64,000 nucleotides of DNA from Aquisalimonas sp. (GTDB taxonomy: Bacteria; Pseudomonadota; Gammaproteobacteria; Nitrococcales; Aquisalimonadaceae), in assembly GCF_007120195.1 (NCBI RefSeq), contig NZ_SKOG01000013.1:767-64766 (forward strand). The letters are read 5' to 3'. The translations under genes were made by a program, and so were the position numbers. Numbering within the stretch: the stretch's first letter is position 1; the number at the start of each line of letters is the position of its first letter. The notes beneath the pieces are model-generated. The model did not search any database and was not told the origin of the DNA. It saw only the letters and a list, made by a program, of their open reading frames with translations. Of this stretch, positions 36,095 to 44,431 are shown one piece after another.

Positions 36095-37537
36095 ATGACA
36101 CCAGAGACCTTCGAGACACCGAACCTGATGCTCGCCCTCCCGGAGATCTGGATGCTGGGCATGGCGTGTCTGATCCTGGTGGTGGATCTGTTCAGCTCGG
36201 ACCGCGACCACACACTGGCCTACTGGCTATCCCAGGCCACCCTGCTGGGCGCGATCGTGATCACTGTGCAGACCCAATGGGGTCTGGATGTGACCACGTT
36301 TACGGAAAACTACGTGGCCGACTCCGCCGGGGTGGTGCTCAAGGTCGCGGTGCTCCTGCTCACATTCCTGGCTTTCGCCTACTCCCGGGAGTACCTGCGC
36401 GAGCGGGGCATGCTGCGCGGCGAGTTCTATCTACTCACCCTGTTCGCCACGCTGGGGATGCTCGTGACCATCTCCGCCCACAGCCTCCTGGTGCTGTACC
36501 TGGGCGTGGAGCTGATGTCCCTGTCGCTGTACGCGCTGGTCGCGATGCGCCGTAATTCTCCCGCCGCCTCGGAAGCGGCGATGAAGTACTTTGTCCTGGG
36601 GGCACTGGCGTCCGGCATGCTGCTCTACGGTATGTCCATGCTCTACGGCGCCACGGGAACACTGGAGATCACCGCCATCGCCGAGGCCGCGGCGGAAGAG
36701 AGCCGGCTGCTACTGGTGTTCGGCCTAGTGTTCACCGTGGTCGGGGTGGCGTTCAAGTTTGGTGCCGTGCCGTTTCACATGTGGGTGCCGGACGTCTATC
36801 AGGGGGCTCCCACCGTGGTGACATTGTTCATCGCCACCGCGTCCAAGGTGGCGGCCGTGGGCCTGTTTATTCGGCTGCTGAGTGAGGCCCTCGGCCCGCT
36901 GCACGGGGAGTGGCAGCACATGGTGCTGTTGCTGGCCGTGGCGTCGCTGCTGGTGGGCAATACCGTTGCGCTGGTGCAGAGCAACATCAAGCGCATGTTG
37001 GCCTATTCCACGTTCAATCATATTGGCTTCATCTTTCTCGGCTTCCTGGTCGGTACCCCGGAGGCCTACGGCGCTGCCATGTTCTACGCTGTGACCTATG
37101 CGTTTACCGTGGCAGCCGCATTCGGTGTCATCATGCTGCTCAGCCGCCAGGGTTTCGAGGCCGAAAACCTCGATGACTTCAAGGGATTGAACGAGCGCAG
37201 CCCACTGTTCGCCCTGGTGATGCTCATCCTCATGGTCTCCCTGACCGGTATCCCGGGCACCGTGGGTTTCTATGCCAAGTGGCTCGTGCTGAAATCCGTT
37301 GTGGAAGCCGGTTTCATCTGGCTTGCCGTTGTTGCCGTCATTGGTGCCGTGGTGGGGGCGTTCTACTACTTGCGGGTAGTGCGCCTGTGCTACTTCGAGA
37401 AGCCCGAAGGGGAAGGACCTCAACCCGTTGGGTCCGGCGGCTTCCAGACGGTACTCGCCGTAAACGGCCTGGCGGTGCTGCTCCTGGGCATCTTCCCGGG
37501 AGCGCTGGTCGCTGTGTGTATGGCCGCGTTCGGCTGA
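36095..37537 (+). CDS. nuoN: NADH-quinone oxidoreductase subunit N
   Basis: 480 aa, the last antiporter-like subunit (AAMKYF.LGA.ASG..LYG.S.LYG, PFH.W.PDVYQGAPT). Confidence 0.94.
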   Translation: MTPETFETPNLMLALPEIWMLGMACLILVVDLFSSDRDHTLAYWLSQATLLGAIVITVQTQWGLDVTTFTENYVADSAGVVLKVAVLLLTFLAFAYSREYLRERGMLRGEFYLLTLFATLGMLVTISAHSLLVLYLGVELMSLSLYALVAMRRNSPAASEAAMKYFVLGALASGMLLYGMSMLYGATGTLEITAIAEAAAEESRLLLVFGLVFTVVGVAFKFGAVPFHMWVPDVYQGAPTVVTLFIATASKVAAVGLFIRLLSEALGPLHGEWQHMVLLLAVASLLVGNTVALVQSNIKRMLAYSTFNHIGFIFLGFLVGTPEAYGAAMFYAVTYAFTVAAAFGVIMLLSRQGFEAENLDDFKGLNERSPLFALVMLILMVSLTGIPGTVGFYAKWLVLKSVVEAGFIWLAVVAVIGAVVGAFYYLRVVRLCYFEKPEGEGPQPVGSGGFQTVLAVNGLAVLLLGIFPGALVAVCMAAFG

Positions 37538-37744
37538 CGAAATGGGTACTACCACAACCGCTTTCGCACAGGGCGTTGCTCTGATTTTGGCCTTCAGGCA
37601 TGTCGTGTCGGCGTGATGTGCGCGGGCGCGGCCATGAGGAACCAGGGGCGTGACTGGCTCCTCGCCTTTGCGTGGATGACGGCCGTGACGCATGGCATGC
37701 GGAAGATCGCCATATAGCGCAGTGTTGGCGCACGCCAAAGCGCC

Positions 37745-37773
37745 TTGCATTCCCGCAACACTGGATATACCAT
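37745..37773 (+). promoter_or_regulatory. candidate promoter of the tRNA-fMet gene
   Basis: TTGCAT, a 17-nt spacer, then TACCAT, followed by a GC-rich discriminator (GCGCAGCG). It lies about 14 nt upstream of the tRNA 5' end. Confidence 0.4.
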
Positions 37774-37786
37774 GCGCAGCGTCGAG

Positions 37787-37863
<77 letters not shown>

Positions 37864-37864
37864 A

Positions 37865-38470
37865 CGCAAATAGACCGCTGAGTCCTTCGGCGGTCAGTTC
37901 GGCCACTAAGATTCCGTCCTCATGGACGAGGCGGATCGGCCCGGTTATCTCCTTGATCGCTTCCCTGGCTGCAGGCACATCCTCGATCTCTTCCAGTTTC
38001 GTGACCAGGCGCTTGTAGACTTCGCGCGCCCTGGGAGGGATCTGGGTCGGCTCGAAGGCTTCGATCTCCTCCAGCGCCCGCTGCGCGTCCTGGACCTTTT
38101 CCTCCGCCTCGTTCAGCGCCTGCTTCGTTGTCGGTGTGATGATCCCCGACGGATGGCCGCCATCAGGTTCTCGCGCTCCGCCTCGGCCTCACGCAGGCGG
38201 CGACGCGCCGCCGTGGGGTCCGGCTGGGACGCCTTGAGCAACTCGCGGACCTCTTCGGCAAACACCTGGTAGGCCTCTTCAGACAGAAATCCTCCTTGAT
38301 GGCGACCAGCAACCGCTCCTCCACGATCCGCCGCGGCACGCGCAGGTTGTTGCCGCAGACTTCGGGCCCTCGGTCCCGGTGGCGTGAGCAGCCGTAGCGG
38401 TACCGGTCCACGACGACGAACCGGCCGCCGGACTCGGCGCAATGGAGCAGGCCGGAGAAGATGTACGACC
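37865..38470 (-). pseudogene. large serine recombinase, C-terminal part only, at least 2 frameshifts
   Basis: Reading three minus-strand frames in succession gives ..YIFSGLLHCAESGGRFVVVDRYRYGCSRHRDRGPEVCGNNLRVPRRIVEERLLVAIKED / LSEEAYQVFAEEVRELL...EAEAERENLMAAIRRG / IITPTTKQALNEAEEKV...GPIRLVHEDGILVAELTAEGL. These correspond to the zinc-ribbon and coiled-coil regions. The resolvase catalytic domain is absent. Confidence 0.7.
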
Positions 38471-38690
38471 AGCTCCGGTACGAGATCGAGAATGGTGGCG
38501 TCGAGGCCTTCTACGACTACCTGCTCAATCTGCACCTCAGCGGCTGGCACCCAAGGAAGAGCTCATCAACCTGAGCATGCCAAGCGAGGCCCGGTTCATC
38601 GAGGAGTGGCTGGAGGGGGAGCTCGGCCTGCCGATGTGCCCGTGCGCGGCGCAGGATCTCCACCGCGCCTACTACCGATGGTGTTGTTTA
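38471..38690 (+). pseudogene. fragment resembling the C-terminal region of phage/plasmid (P4-type) primase-helicase proteins
   Basis: Two plus-strand frames give ..YEIENGGVEAFYDYLLNLHLSGWHP / KEELINLSMPSEARFIEEWLEGELGLPMCPCAAQDLHRAYYRWC. There is no start and no upstream domains. The assignment is from remembered family patterns only. Confidence 0.35.
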
Positions 38691-38722
38691 GCACTTTATC
38701 CCACCAGTAATTTCTTAGTTTA

Positions 38723-38998
38723 TTGCACGCATGGAATGGGGCGACGCCAGGCCGCGAGCGAAACTTTCTTACAGACCTAACACCTGGCGGAGGTTTCGGT
38801 GGATCCCCGATCCTCGATGGCAATGGTAACGTTCTCGGCATCCATCACAGCGGTGTTGTACATGGGGTGAAAGTGGAGAGCAGAGGCGGATACGAACAAG
38901 ATCAGTATCCTGAATATTATGCCCGAGTTCCCAGCGGAATAGGTCTAGCCATCCCGTTTACGGGCAGCAAACCCAACCAATTGATTGAAAAAGTATAG
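38723..38998 (+). pseudogene. C-terminal fragment of a trypsin-like (S1) serine protease in a low-GC patch
   Basis: ..TDLTPGGGFGGSPILDGNGNVLGIHHSG.. matches the catalytic-serine region (G.SGSP....G.vvGIH). The His and Asp parts of the triad are missing upstream. Confidence 0.5.
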
Positions 38999-39412
38999 TC
39001 AAAGAAATCGAAAATAAGACCGATCAAAGCTAGTATCTATGTGTGGCCCTTGCGTAAGTGCGACCGTCCGTCGGCAGCTCGCCGTCCGTCGAGCGGCGCC
39101 GCACAATGACGTGGGGATCAGGTGCGCTGCTTCGCGGAGGCCCTGGATGCCTGGAGGCGTGAAACCCAGGGGGCGTCCTGAGCACACCCTCGCCGCGGCC
39201 GAGCGGGCCCGTCCCGCTCGGCACGGTGTTCAGGTAGCAGGCCTTGTACAAAAGCGCGTCGCCGATTCGCCCCCCTACGAGGCGTCGATAGGGAGCCGGT
39301 TTGGTAGCTGGAAGGCGCATTGATCGAAGAGATCAGTTAGCGTGAGATGCGGGCCTTCGACCCCGGGTTTGCGATGGTGCGGTTCGTCTGATCTGACCAA
39401 CGGGGTAGCCGT

Positions 39413-39739
39413 CTACTTGCGCCGCGTCTTTCGGGGCTTCGGGGTACCGGTCTTCAATATCTTGTGCAGGGACAGGATACGCGGCTTATTGCCGAGCTTG
39501 GTAACCCTAGGCCGCCAGACAACCGTGCTCTTCTGACCTGCGCGTTTCGCACGCGCAACCACGGTGCCTTTCGGGGAGCTACGGGCCGTGCGCCCCGACT
39601 GCTGCGAGGGGTGGATGCCCATGGCTTTTTGCATGGCCTCTGGCAGAACCTCCTGGCCTGGGCGGAACTGGCTCAGCTCCTCCTCGGCGAGTTCCCGCAC
39701 GTCACCATTTTCATCAGTCAAGGGTTCGCGGTTGGCCAT
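39413..39739 (-). CDS. brnA: BrnA-like antitoxin (DUF4415-type N-terminus, atypical basic C-terminus)
   Basis: 108 aa. It overlaps the brnT 3' end by 26 nt. The N-terminus ..PLTDENGDVRELAEEELSQFRPGQEVLPE resembles BrnA. The C-terminal half is Lys/Arg-rich and does not clearly show the usual RHH segment. Confidence 0.55.
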   Translation of the reverse strand: MANREPLTDENGDVRELAEEELSQFRPGQEVLPEAMQKAMGIHPSQQSGRTARSSPKGTVVARAKRAGQKSTVVWRPRVTKLGNKPRILSLHKILKTGTPKPRKTRRK

Positions 39740-39998
39740 AGTAATCTGCAGTGCGCTGGTTCGCTTTATGCAAGCTGATCACTCGCATTATGCTCCCGTC
39801 GCCCCGCGGCGTGAAGCAAACGTAGTGAAGTCGATCGTCAATGTAGCATACGCCGACAAAGCGTATCTCTCCATAATCCTCCCGCTCATCCAGGCGAAAG
39901 ACTGCGGTGGACCAGTCCACCTCGTGCAGCCGCTCGAACGAGATTCCGTGCTTCTCGATGTTCGCCTGGTTCTTGGCCGGGTCGTAGTCGATGCGCAT
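39714..39998 (-). CDS. brnT: BrnT-family (DUF497) ribonuclease toxin
   Basis: 94 aa, MRIDYDPAKNQANIEKHGISFERL......DEREDYGEIRFVGVCYIDDRLHYVCFTPRGDGSIMRVISLHKANQRT matches the BrnT pattern (YDP.K...N..KHG..F ... GE.R ... R.IS.R.A...E). Confidence 0.8.
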   Translation of the reverse strand: MRIDYDPAKNQANIEKHGISFERLHEVDWSTAVFRLDEREDYGEIRFVGVCYIDDRLHYVCFTPRGDGSIMRVISLHKANQRTADYYGQPRTLD

Positions 39999-40580
39999 CG
40001 CGCGGACTCTACAACGAATTTGACCACCCTGCGACTGAGGCGTTCCAGGCCGGTGTCGTCATTGGCATGGCCGATTGACGTTCATGCGTCCCGCCGAGCG
40101 GTGGTCCATCGCCGTGGGGTGGGTGCTTCCCGCCCAGAGCCCGCTTTGCTAAATTGAGGTTCAGCCCGCTCAGGGAAGCGATGCACCGGAGTGACGGTAA
40201 GTCAGCCGCGCGCGGCGGCTGGGTATCACAACCAAGAGCGAAGAAAGGAAAGAGTGAAGGTGGCAACGTGAGAAGGTGGCAGAGCAAGGCCGGCTCGCTA
40301 CCTCTGGGGCGGCTTCCAGGCCCTGCTTCCCCCCGACCCGATCCACTACGCCGAGGTGATCGCCCACAACGCCGACCGTACCAGCACCGGCGAGAGCCTG
40401 GCCGGTCAGCAGCACCGCGGGCACGGGCAGGACGTGGCCGTGGGGACCATGCCTACATTCAGAGCGGCCGCATCCTCGAGGAGGCGCCGAGTCTGCCGTT
40501 TCATGATGAGACGGTGTGAATGCGGAATGGATAGGGCCTGCTGGGCCGTGGGAAACGGGCCTGGGAGCGCTTGCTCGCAG

Positions 40581-41072
40581 CTAGTTGCTGTAATCGGATT
40601 GAGTGAGCAGCTGATGCATCAGCTCCGGAAGACCCTCTGACGGCATTTCACCGAGCGCGGCATCGACATCGAACTCGAACGCATTGCAGCTGATCCAATA
40701 AGCAGTTTCTCTTTCGTCGACCTCATGGGTAGCCAGATCGCAACAGATCTCAATGACATCAGGTTGCGGAGCATGCAACCGATAACCGTTGATCTACAAG
40801 AGCATGCGTCCGGCAGCATACGCCGTACGCTTGTTCCCGTTGTGGAAGGGGTGATTCTGTATGATCCGTGAAATCAATATGGCAGCGAGGAGGAACATGT
40901 CCTCCGTTTGCTCATAGTGCCTAGTGATCGCTGGCGCCTGCTGGGCACTTTCCAGCGATCCCTGGTCCATGACGCCTGTCGTTTCCTGCGGGGTATACTG
41001 CCTAATGACGACTTGGTTGATCATAACCAAGTCGTCACAGTCCAACCACCGGATACCTTCGCTGTGATGCAC
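40581..41072 (-). pseudogene. doc: Doc/Fic-family toxin gene interrupted by one in-frame TAG
   Basis: A single reading frame gives ...NHPFHNGNKRTAYAAGRMLL-TAG(40794-40796)-INGYRLHAPQPDVIEICCDLATHEVD.... It has the Doc-type Fic motif HPF..GNKRTA. The stop falls where Doc proteins have the aromatic residue of FL.LNGY. Confidence 0.75.
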
Positions 41073-41089
41073 CAGGAGAGCCTGGACAA

Positions 41090-41272
41090 TCAGACCTTGG
41101 AAAGCTTCCGCAGGGTGTCGTCCTCATTGTGGAGCGTGTTCACCAAAGCCTTCTGGACGATGTCGCGATGCTCGCCATTGCACGGACGGGGCCTGGCGAC
41201 CTCATGCCGCTCCCGACGACGCAGCGCAAGCTTACGATAGTCATTCTGACGGAGAGCAGTCACAGGATTCAC
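41090..41272 (-). CDS. candidate ribbon-helix-helix antitoxin of the doc module
   Basis: 60-aa ORF ending 17 nt upstream of doc. Its pattern is compatible with an RHH fold (VTALR / QNDYRKLALRRRERH / EHRDIVQKALVNTL). It has a GTG start and a weak RBS. Confidence 0.35.
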   Translation of the reverse strand: MNPVTALRQNDYRKLALRRRERHEVARPRPCNGEHRDIVQKALVNTLHNEDDTLRKLSKV

Positions 41273-41277
41273 CCGCT

Positions 41278-41302
41278 AAAAAGCGCCATGCTCTGATGGC
41301 GC
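41278..41302 (-). other. palindrome plus T-run just upstream of the antitoxin ORF (terminator or operator)
   Basis: The minus strand reads GCGCCAT-CAGAGC-ATGGCGC-TTTTT, ending 6 nt before the GTG of the 41090-41272 ORF. Confidence 0.4.
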
Positions 41303-41682
41303 ATAAATGTAAATATCAGCCTACACCTGTAAGATGGGGGCGGGTTGTGACGGTGTCAACACTTTCTTGACACCGGGCGACGCAGCCTACCGCTCGCTCG
41401 GAACGCAGTCAAATTCTGCGTGAGGTTTAGCTGCGGACGAAGATGCGCCAGTGTAACCATGAGAAAATGAATGCATAGTAGCCATCGTGCTGCGAGCACG
41501 AGCCCGCACGCCGCGAACGGCTGACTTCCCGTGTCGGTGCATCGCCTTCCTGGCGACGGCGGGCTGCTCAAAAAAGTAGCCCAGCCCGACAGGCTGCGCA
41601 ACCTCCCGGGCGAAGCAGTGACGTTGCGCGGAAAAGCCGTGGCGCGCATGCTCGCCCGAAAGACCACAGGGAGAGTAAGGCC

Positions 41683-41955
41683 ATGCGATGGACGATTCCC
41701 GCCGTTGTTCTGCTGCTCGCGAGTTCCACCCTGGACGCCGCCCCGATGCGTTGCGGGAACGACCTGGTGCGCACCGGCGACCACATTACCGGGGTCCATG
41801 ACAAATGCGGGCAACCGATCCGCACGACCCGCCTGGTGAACAGGTTTGGTGCCGTGGTCGGCTGGCGCGAGATCTACGACAGCGCCCGCGGCAGCCGGAA
41901 TCACCAGGTGACGTATGAGGGTGAGCGAGTGGTGCGGATTGAGCTGCTGCGGTAG
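41683..41955 (+). CDS. DUF2845-like small secreted protein
   Basis: 90 aa with a signal peptide (MRWTIPAVVLLLASSTLDAAP), then RCGNDLVRTGD....V..KCGQP ... YEGERVVRIE. GGGAGAG lies upstream of the ATG. Confidence 0.6.
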   Translation: MRWTIPAVVLLLASSTLDAAPMRCGNDLVRTGDHITGVHDKCGQPIRTTRLVNRFGAVVGWREIYDSARGSRNHQVTYEGERVVRIELLR

Positions 41956-42019
41956 GGGCTATTCTGTAAGAGGTGGTCCGGTCAGCGGGATCTTGATAGG
42001 TGTCAGTTTGCCTACGTAG

Positions 42020-42036
42020 CCTGCCCCCGCTACCAA
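42020..42036 (+). repeat. attR-like copy of the 17-bp direct repeat
   Basis: CCTGCCCCCGCTACCAA, identical to the tRNA 3' end at 37848-37864. Confidence 0.85.
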
Positions 42037-42050
42037 ACGTATTGCCGGGA

Positions 42051-42083
42051 AGCCCGCATGGTGCTGTAATGCGGGCTCTTTTC
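42051..42083 (+). terminator. rho-independent terminator (probable original tRNA-fMet terminator)
   Basis: AGCCCGCAT-9 nt-ATGCGGGCT followed by CTTTTC, 14 nt after the right direct repeat. Confidence 0.65.
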
Positions 42084-42315
42084 GGAACAAAGACTTAAGG
42101 CAGAAGTCAGCGCGCCCTCAAACGCCACGTTCAGGCCGCCGTTGTCTCTGAGCACCAGCGTCATCTACGCCAGCAGACCCGCCCATGAGCGCTGCCCCCT
42201 CTACTCTACCCGCGGTAGCGTGTCATTCAGGGTGACAGTCAACTCGGCGAGCAGGCGCCGTGGGTTTGATATAGTCAGCCCTGACACCTTATAAATGACT
42301 GCCCCGGGAGGCCTC

Positions 42316-42567
42316 ATGAAAGCGCTGCTCAAGCGATTGCGGGATCGGTTTTCGCGGCGCCGAGGTCACGCCGACCTCGCTGACGAGGCGAGGGCGGGTG
42401 CGGCCTATGCATCGGATGACGAACCGCAACCCGTGCATTCCGGCAAACGCAACCTGAAACAGTGGTACACCAGCCATTGGGATTGGGACTACATGCCCCG
42501 AGAGGATTTCGAGCGATTAATCAGGGAAGGCGAAGAGCGGGAGCGAGGGGCCAAAAAGCGGGAGTAA
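42316..42567 (+). CDS. hypothetical protein
   Basis: 83-aa ORF MKALLKRLRDRF... with GGGAGG 5 nt upstream of the ATG. I recognise no family. Confidence 0.45.
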   Translation: MKALLKRLRDRFSRRRGHADLADEARAGAAYASDDEPQPVHSGKRNLKQWYTSHWDWDYMPREDFERLIREGEERERGAKKRE

Positions 42568-42957
42568 GAACACGACTGGGACAGGGCCAATCTAATTGGC
42601 CATGGACATGGTGCGGACCAACGTACTGAACTCGACCGACGGCTTGATGCCTTGGCAACGAACGGGATCTCGCCCCTTTGCGCACGCTGCGCTCGCGGAT
42701 ATCGGGAGGCGGTCGTGAGTCTGACTGCCCGTCACCGGGGGTGTCTACCGCGCGCGGTTAGGCCGTCCGGCTACCAGCCCTTTGCAACGGGTGACTGTCG
42801 GGCCACCCGTCCCCTAATGTGTCCGGCCCCACAAAGTCGTTTGTCGCGACGGTCTCCGGCTCTCGTTGCATGGGCGTAAATTCCCGGCCTACCTGGCTGT
42901 GTTATCGTAGCGTCGGCGTCAATCGCGTTCCGCAACCGTCGCCCGGAGGGAGCCCAT

Positions 42958-43740
42958 ATGGTCCGTTCAGCTCCGAAATGGGTCGTGTGGCTTGTTGCGC
43001 TGCTCCTGACGATGCTGTCCCCTGTAGGGGCCTGGGCGGATCGGGCGATCGTCGCCGCAGCCTCGGATCTGCAATTCGCCCTGGAAGGGGTCGCGGAGCG
43101 CTTCGAGGCGGAGCATGGTCAATCGGTACGGCTGAATTTCGGCTCCAGCGGCAATTTTCGGCGGCAAATCGCCCAGGGTGCGCCGTTCGAGCTGTACCTC
43201 TCGGCCGATGAGGCGTATGTCATGGCCTTGTATGACGAGGGCCATACGGTGGAGGCGGGGGTGCTCTACGCGCTTGGGCGCCTGGTCTTCATGGCGCCGG
43301 CCGATAATCCGGCGGATGTGGTTGACGGTTCGCTGAGGCCATTGCGCGCGCGTCTAGAGGCGGGGGAGTTACGGCGCATCGCGATTGCGAACCCGGAGCA
43401 CGCGCCCTACGGCGTCGCCGCCCGCGAGGCGCTGCAGACGGCTGGCATTTGGGATGACATCAAGCCCTATCTGATCTACGGCGAGAACGACTCGCAGGCC
43501 GCACGCCTCGCCCTGTCCGGTGAGGCCGATGGCGGCCTGGTGGCCTATTCGCTGGCGCTGGCGCCTGCCCTGAAACAGCGCGCCAGCCACGACCTCCTGG
43601 CCGCTGACATGCATGCCCCACTGCGTCAGCGCATGGTCTTGACCAACCGCGCCGGCGAGACAGCACGTGCGTTCTACGCCTACATGCAGGGCGAGCAGGT
43701 GCGCGCCATTCTGGCGGAGTACGGGTTCGTGGTTCCGTAG
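42958..43740 (+). CDS. modA: molybdate ABC transporter substrate-binding protein
   Basis: 260 aa with a signal peptide. ..AAASDLQFALEGVAERFE...V.LNFGSSGNF.RQI.QGAPFELYLSADE is typical ModA. It is followed by modB and modC. Confidence 0.9.
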   Translation: MVRSAPKWVVWLVALLLTMLSPVGAWADRAIVAAASDLQFALEGVAERFEAEHGQSVRLNFGSSGNFRRQIAQGAPFELYLSADEAYVMALYDEGHTVEAGVLYALGRLVFMAPADNPADVVDGSLRPLRARLEAGELRRIAIANPEHAPYGVAAREALQTAGIWDDIKPYLIYGENDSQAARLALSGEADGGLVAYSLALAPALKQRASHDLLAADMHAPLRQRMVLTNRAGETARAFYAYMQGEQVRAILAEYGFVVP

Positions 43741-43759
43741 GGCGACTGAGCAGGTGGGT

Positions 43760-44431
43760 ATGGACTGGACGGCCTTTCGGCTTTCCCTGGAACTGGCGAC
43801 CTGGACGACGTTGATCCTGCTGCCGCTCGGGGTGCTGGCGGGGCGTTGGCTCGCCCACCACCGTTTCCGCGGTCGCGGATTCGTGGAGGCCGCCGTGGCG
43901 TTGCCCCTGGTCTTGCCGCCCACGGTGCTGGGGTATTACCTGCTGGTCAGCTTCAGCCCCGACATGCCCCTCGGTGGCCTATGGTTCAGTTTGACGGGAC
44001 AAGGGCTTAACTTCAGCTTTCCCGGGATTGTCCTCGCCTCCATTATCTTCAACCTTCCCTTTGCCATCCAGCCGGTCCAGCGGGCCTTCGAGACCGTCCC
44101 CCTGCATCTGCGCGAGGCCGCCTGGTGCTCCGGACTCTCGGGCTGGCGCACATTCGTGCGGGTGGAACTGCCGCTGGTTTGGCCCGGTGTGATCTCGGCA
44201 TTCGTGCTGACCTTCGTGCATACCATCGGTGAATTCGGGGTCGTGCTCATGGTGGGGGGTGCCATCGAGGGGGAAACGAAGACCGTCGCCATCGCGATCT
44301 ATGACCGCGTTCAGGCGTTCGACGACGAGGCGGCCGGCGCCATGTCGCTGCTGCTGCTGCTGGCATCGTTTGTCGCCATCGGGCTTGTCTATGGGCTGGC
44401 GGGCAAGGGTAGATCGGTCGGTGTCCGGTGA
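43760..44431 (+). CDS. modB: molybdate ABC transporter permease
   Basis: 223 aa from MDWTAFRLSLELA, containing the EAA loop (REAAWCSGLSGWRTFVRVELPL). Confidence 0.92.
   Translation: MDWTAFRLSLELATWTTLILLPLGVLAGRWLAHHRFRGRGFVEAAVALPLVLPPTVLGYYLLVSFSPDMPLGGLWFSLTGQGLNFSFPGIVLASIIFNLPFAIQPVQRAFETVPLHLREAAWCSGLSGWRTFVRVELPLVWPGVISAFVLTFVHTIGEFGVVLMVGGAIEGETKTVAIAIYDRVQAFDDEAAGAMSLLLLLASFVAIGLVYGLAGKGRSVGVR

Noticed and set aside
39030-39323. Overlapping 94-96-aa ORFs on both strands between the protease fragment and brnA
   Set aside because: Both are Arg/Pro-rich and lack an RBS or any recognisable family. The region is most likely non-coding debris of the island. I could not assign it to any gene family by eye.
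40256-40281. Two copies of GAAGGTGGCA spaced by 6 nt (iteron or CRISPR-like?)
   Set aside because: There are only two short copies, with no spacer-repeat periodicity and no associated rep or cas gene. That is too little to call anything.
40009-40580. ORFs of 84-121 aa between brnT and doc
   Set aside because: No frame shows family motifs, a credible start or an RBS. I treat the region as non-coding or an eroded remnant. A short tail (..YIQSGRILEEAPSLPFHDETV) might be the end of a lost gene, but that is unsupported.
41356-41904. 182-aa minus-strand ORF in the island
   Set aside because: It overlaps the better-supported DUF2845-like gene on the opposite strand. Its composition is low-complexity and it has no RBS.
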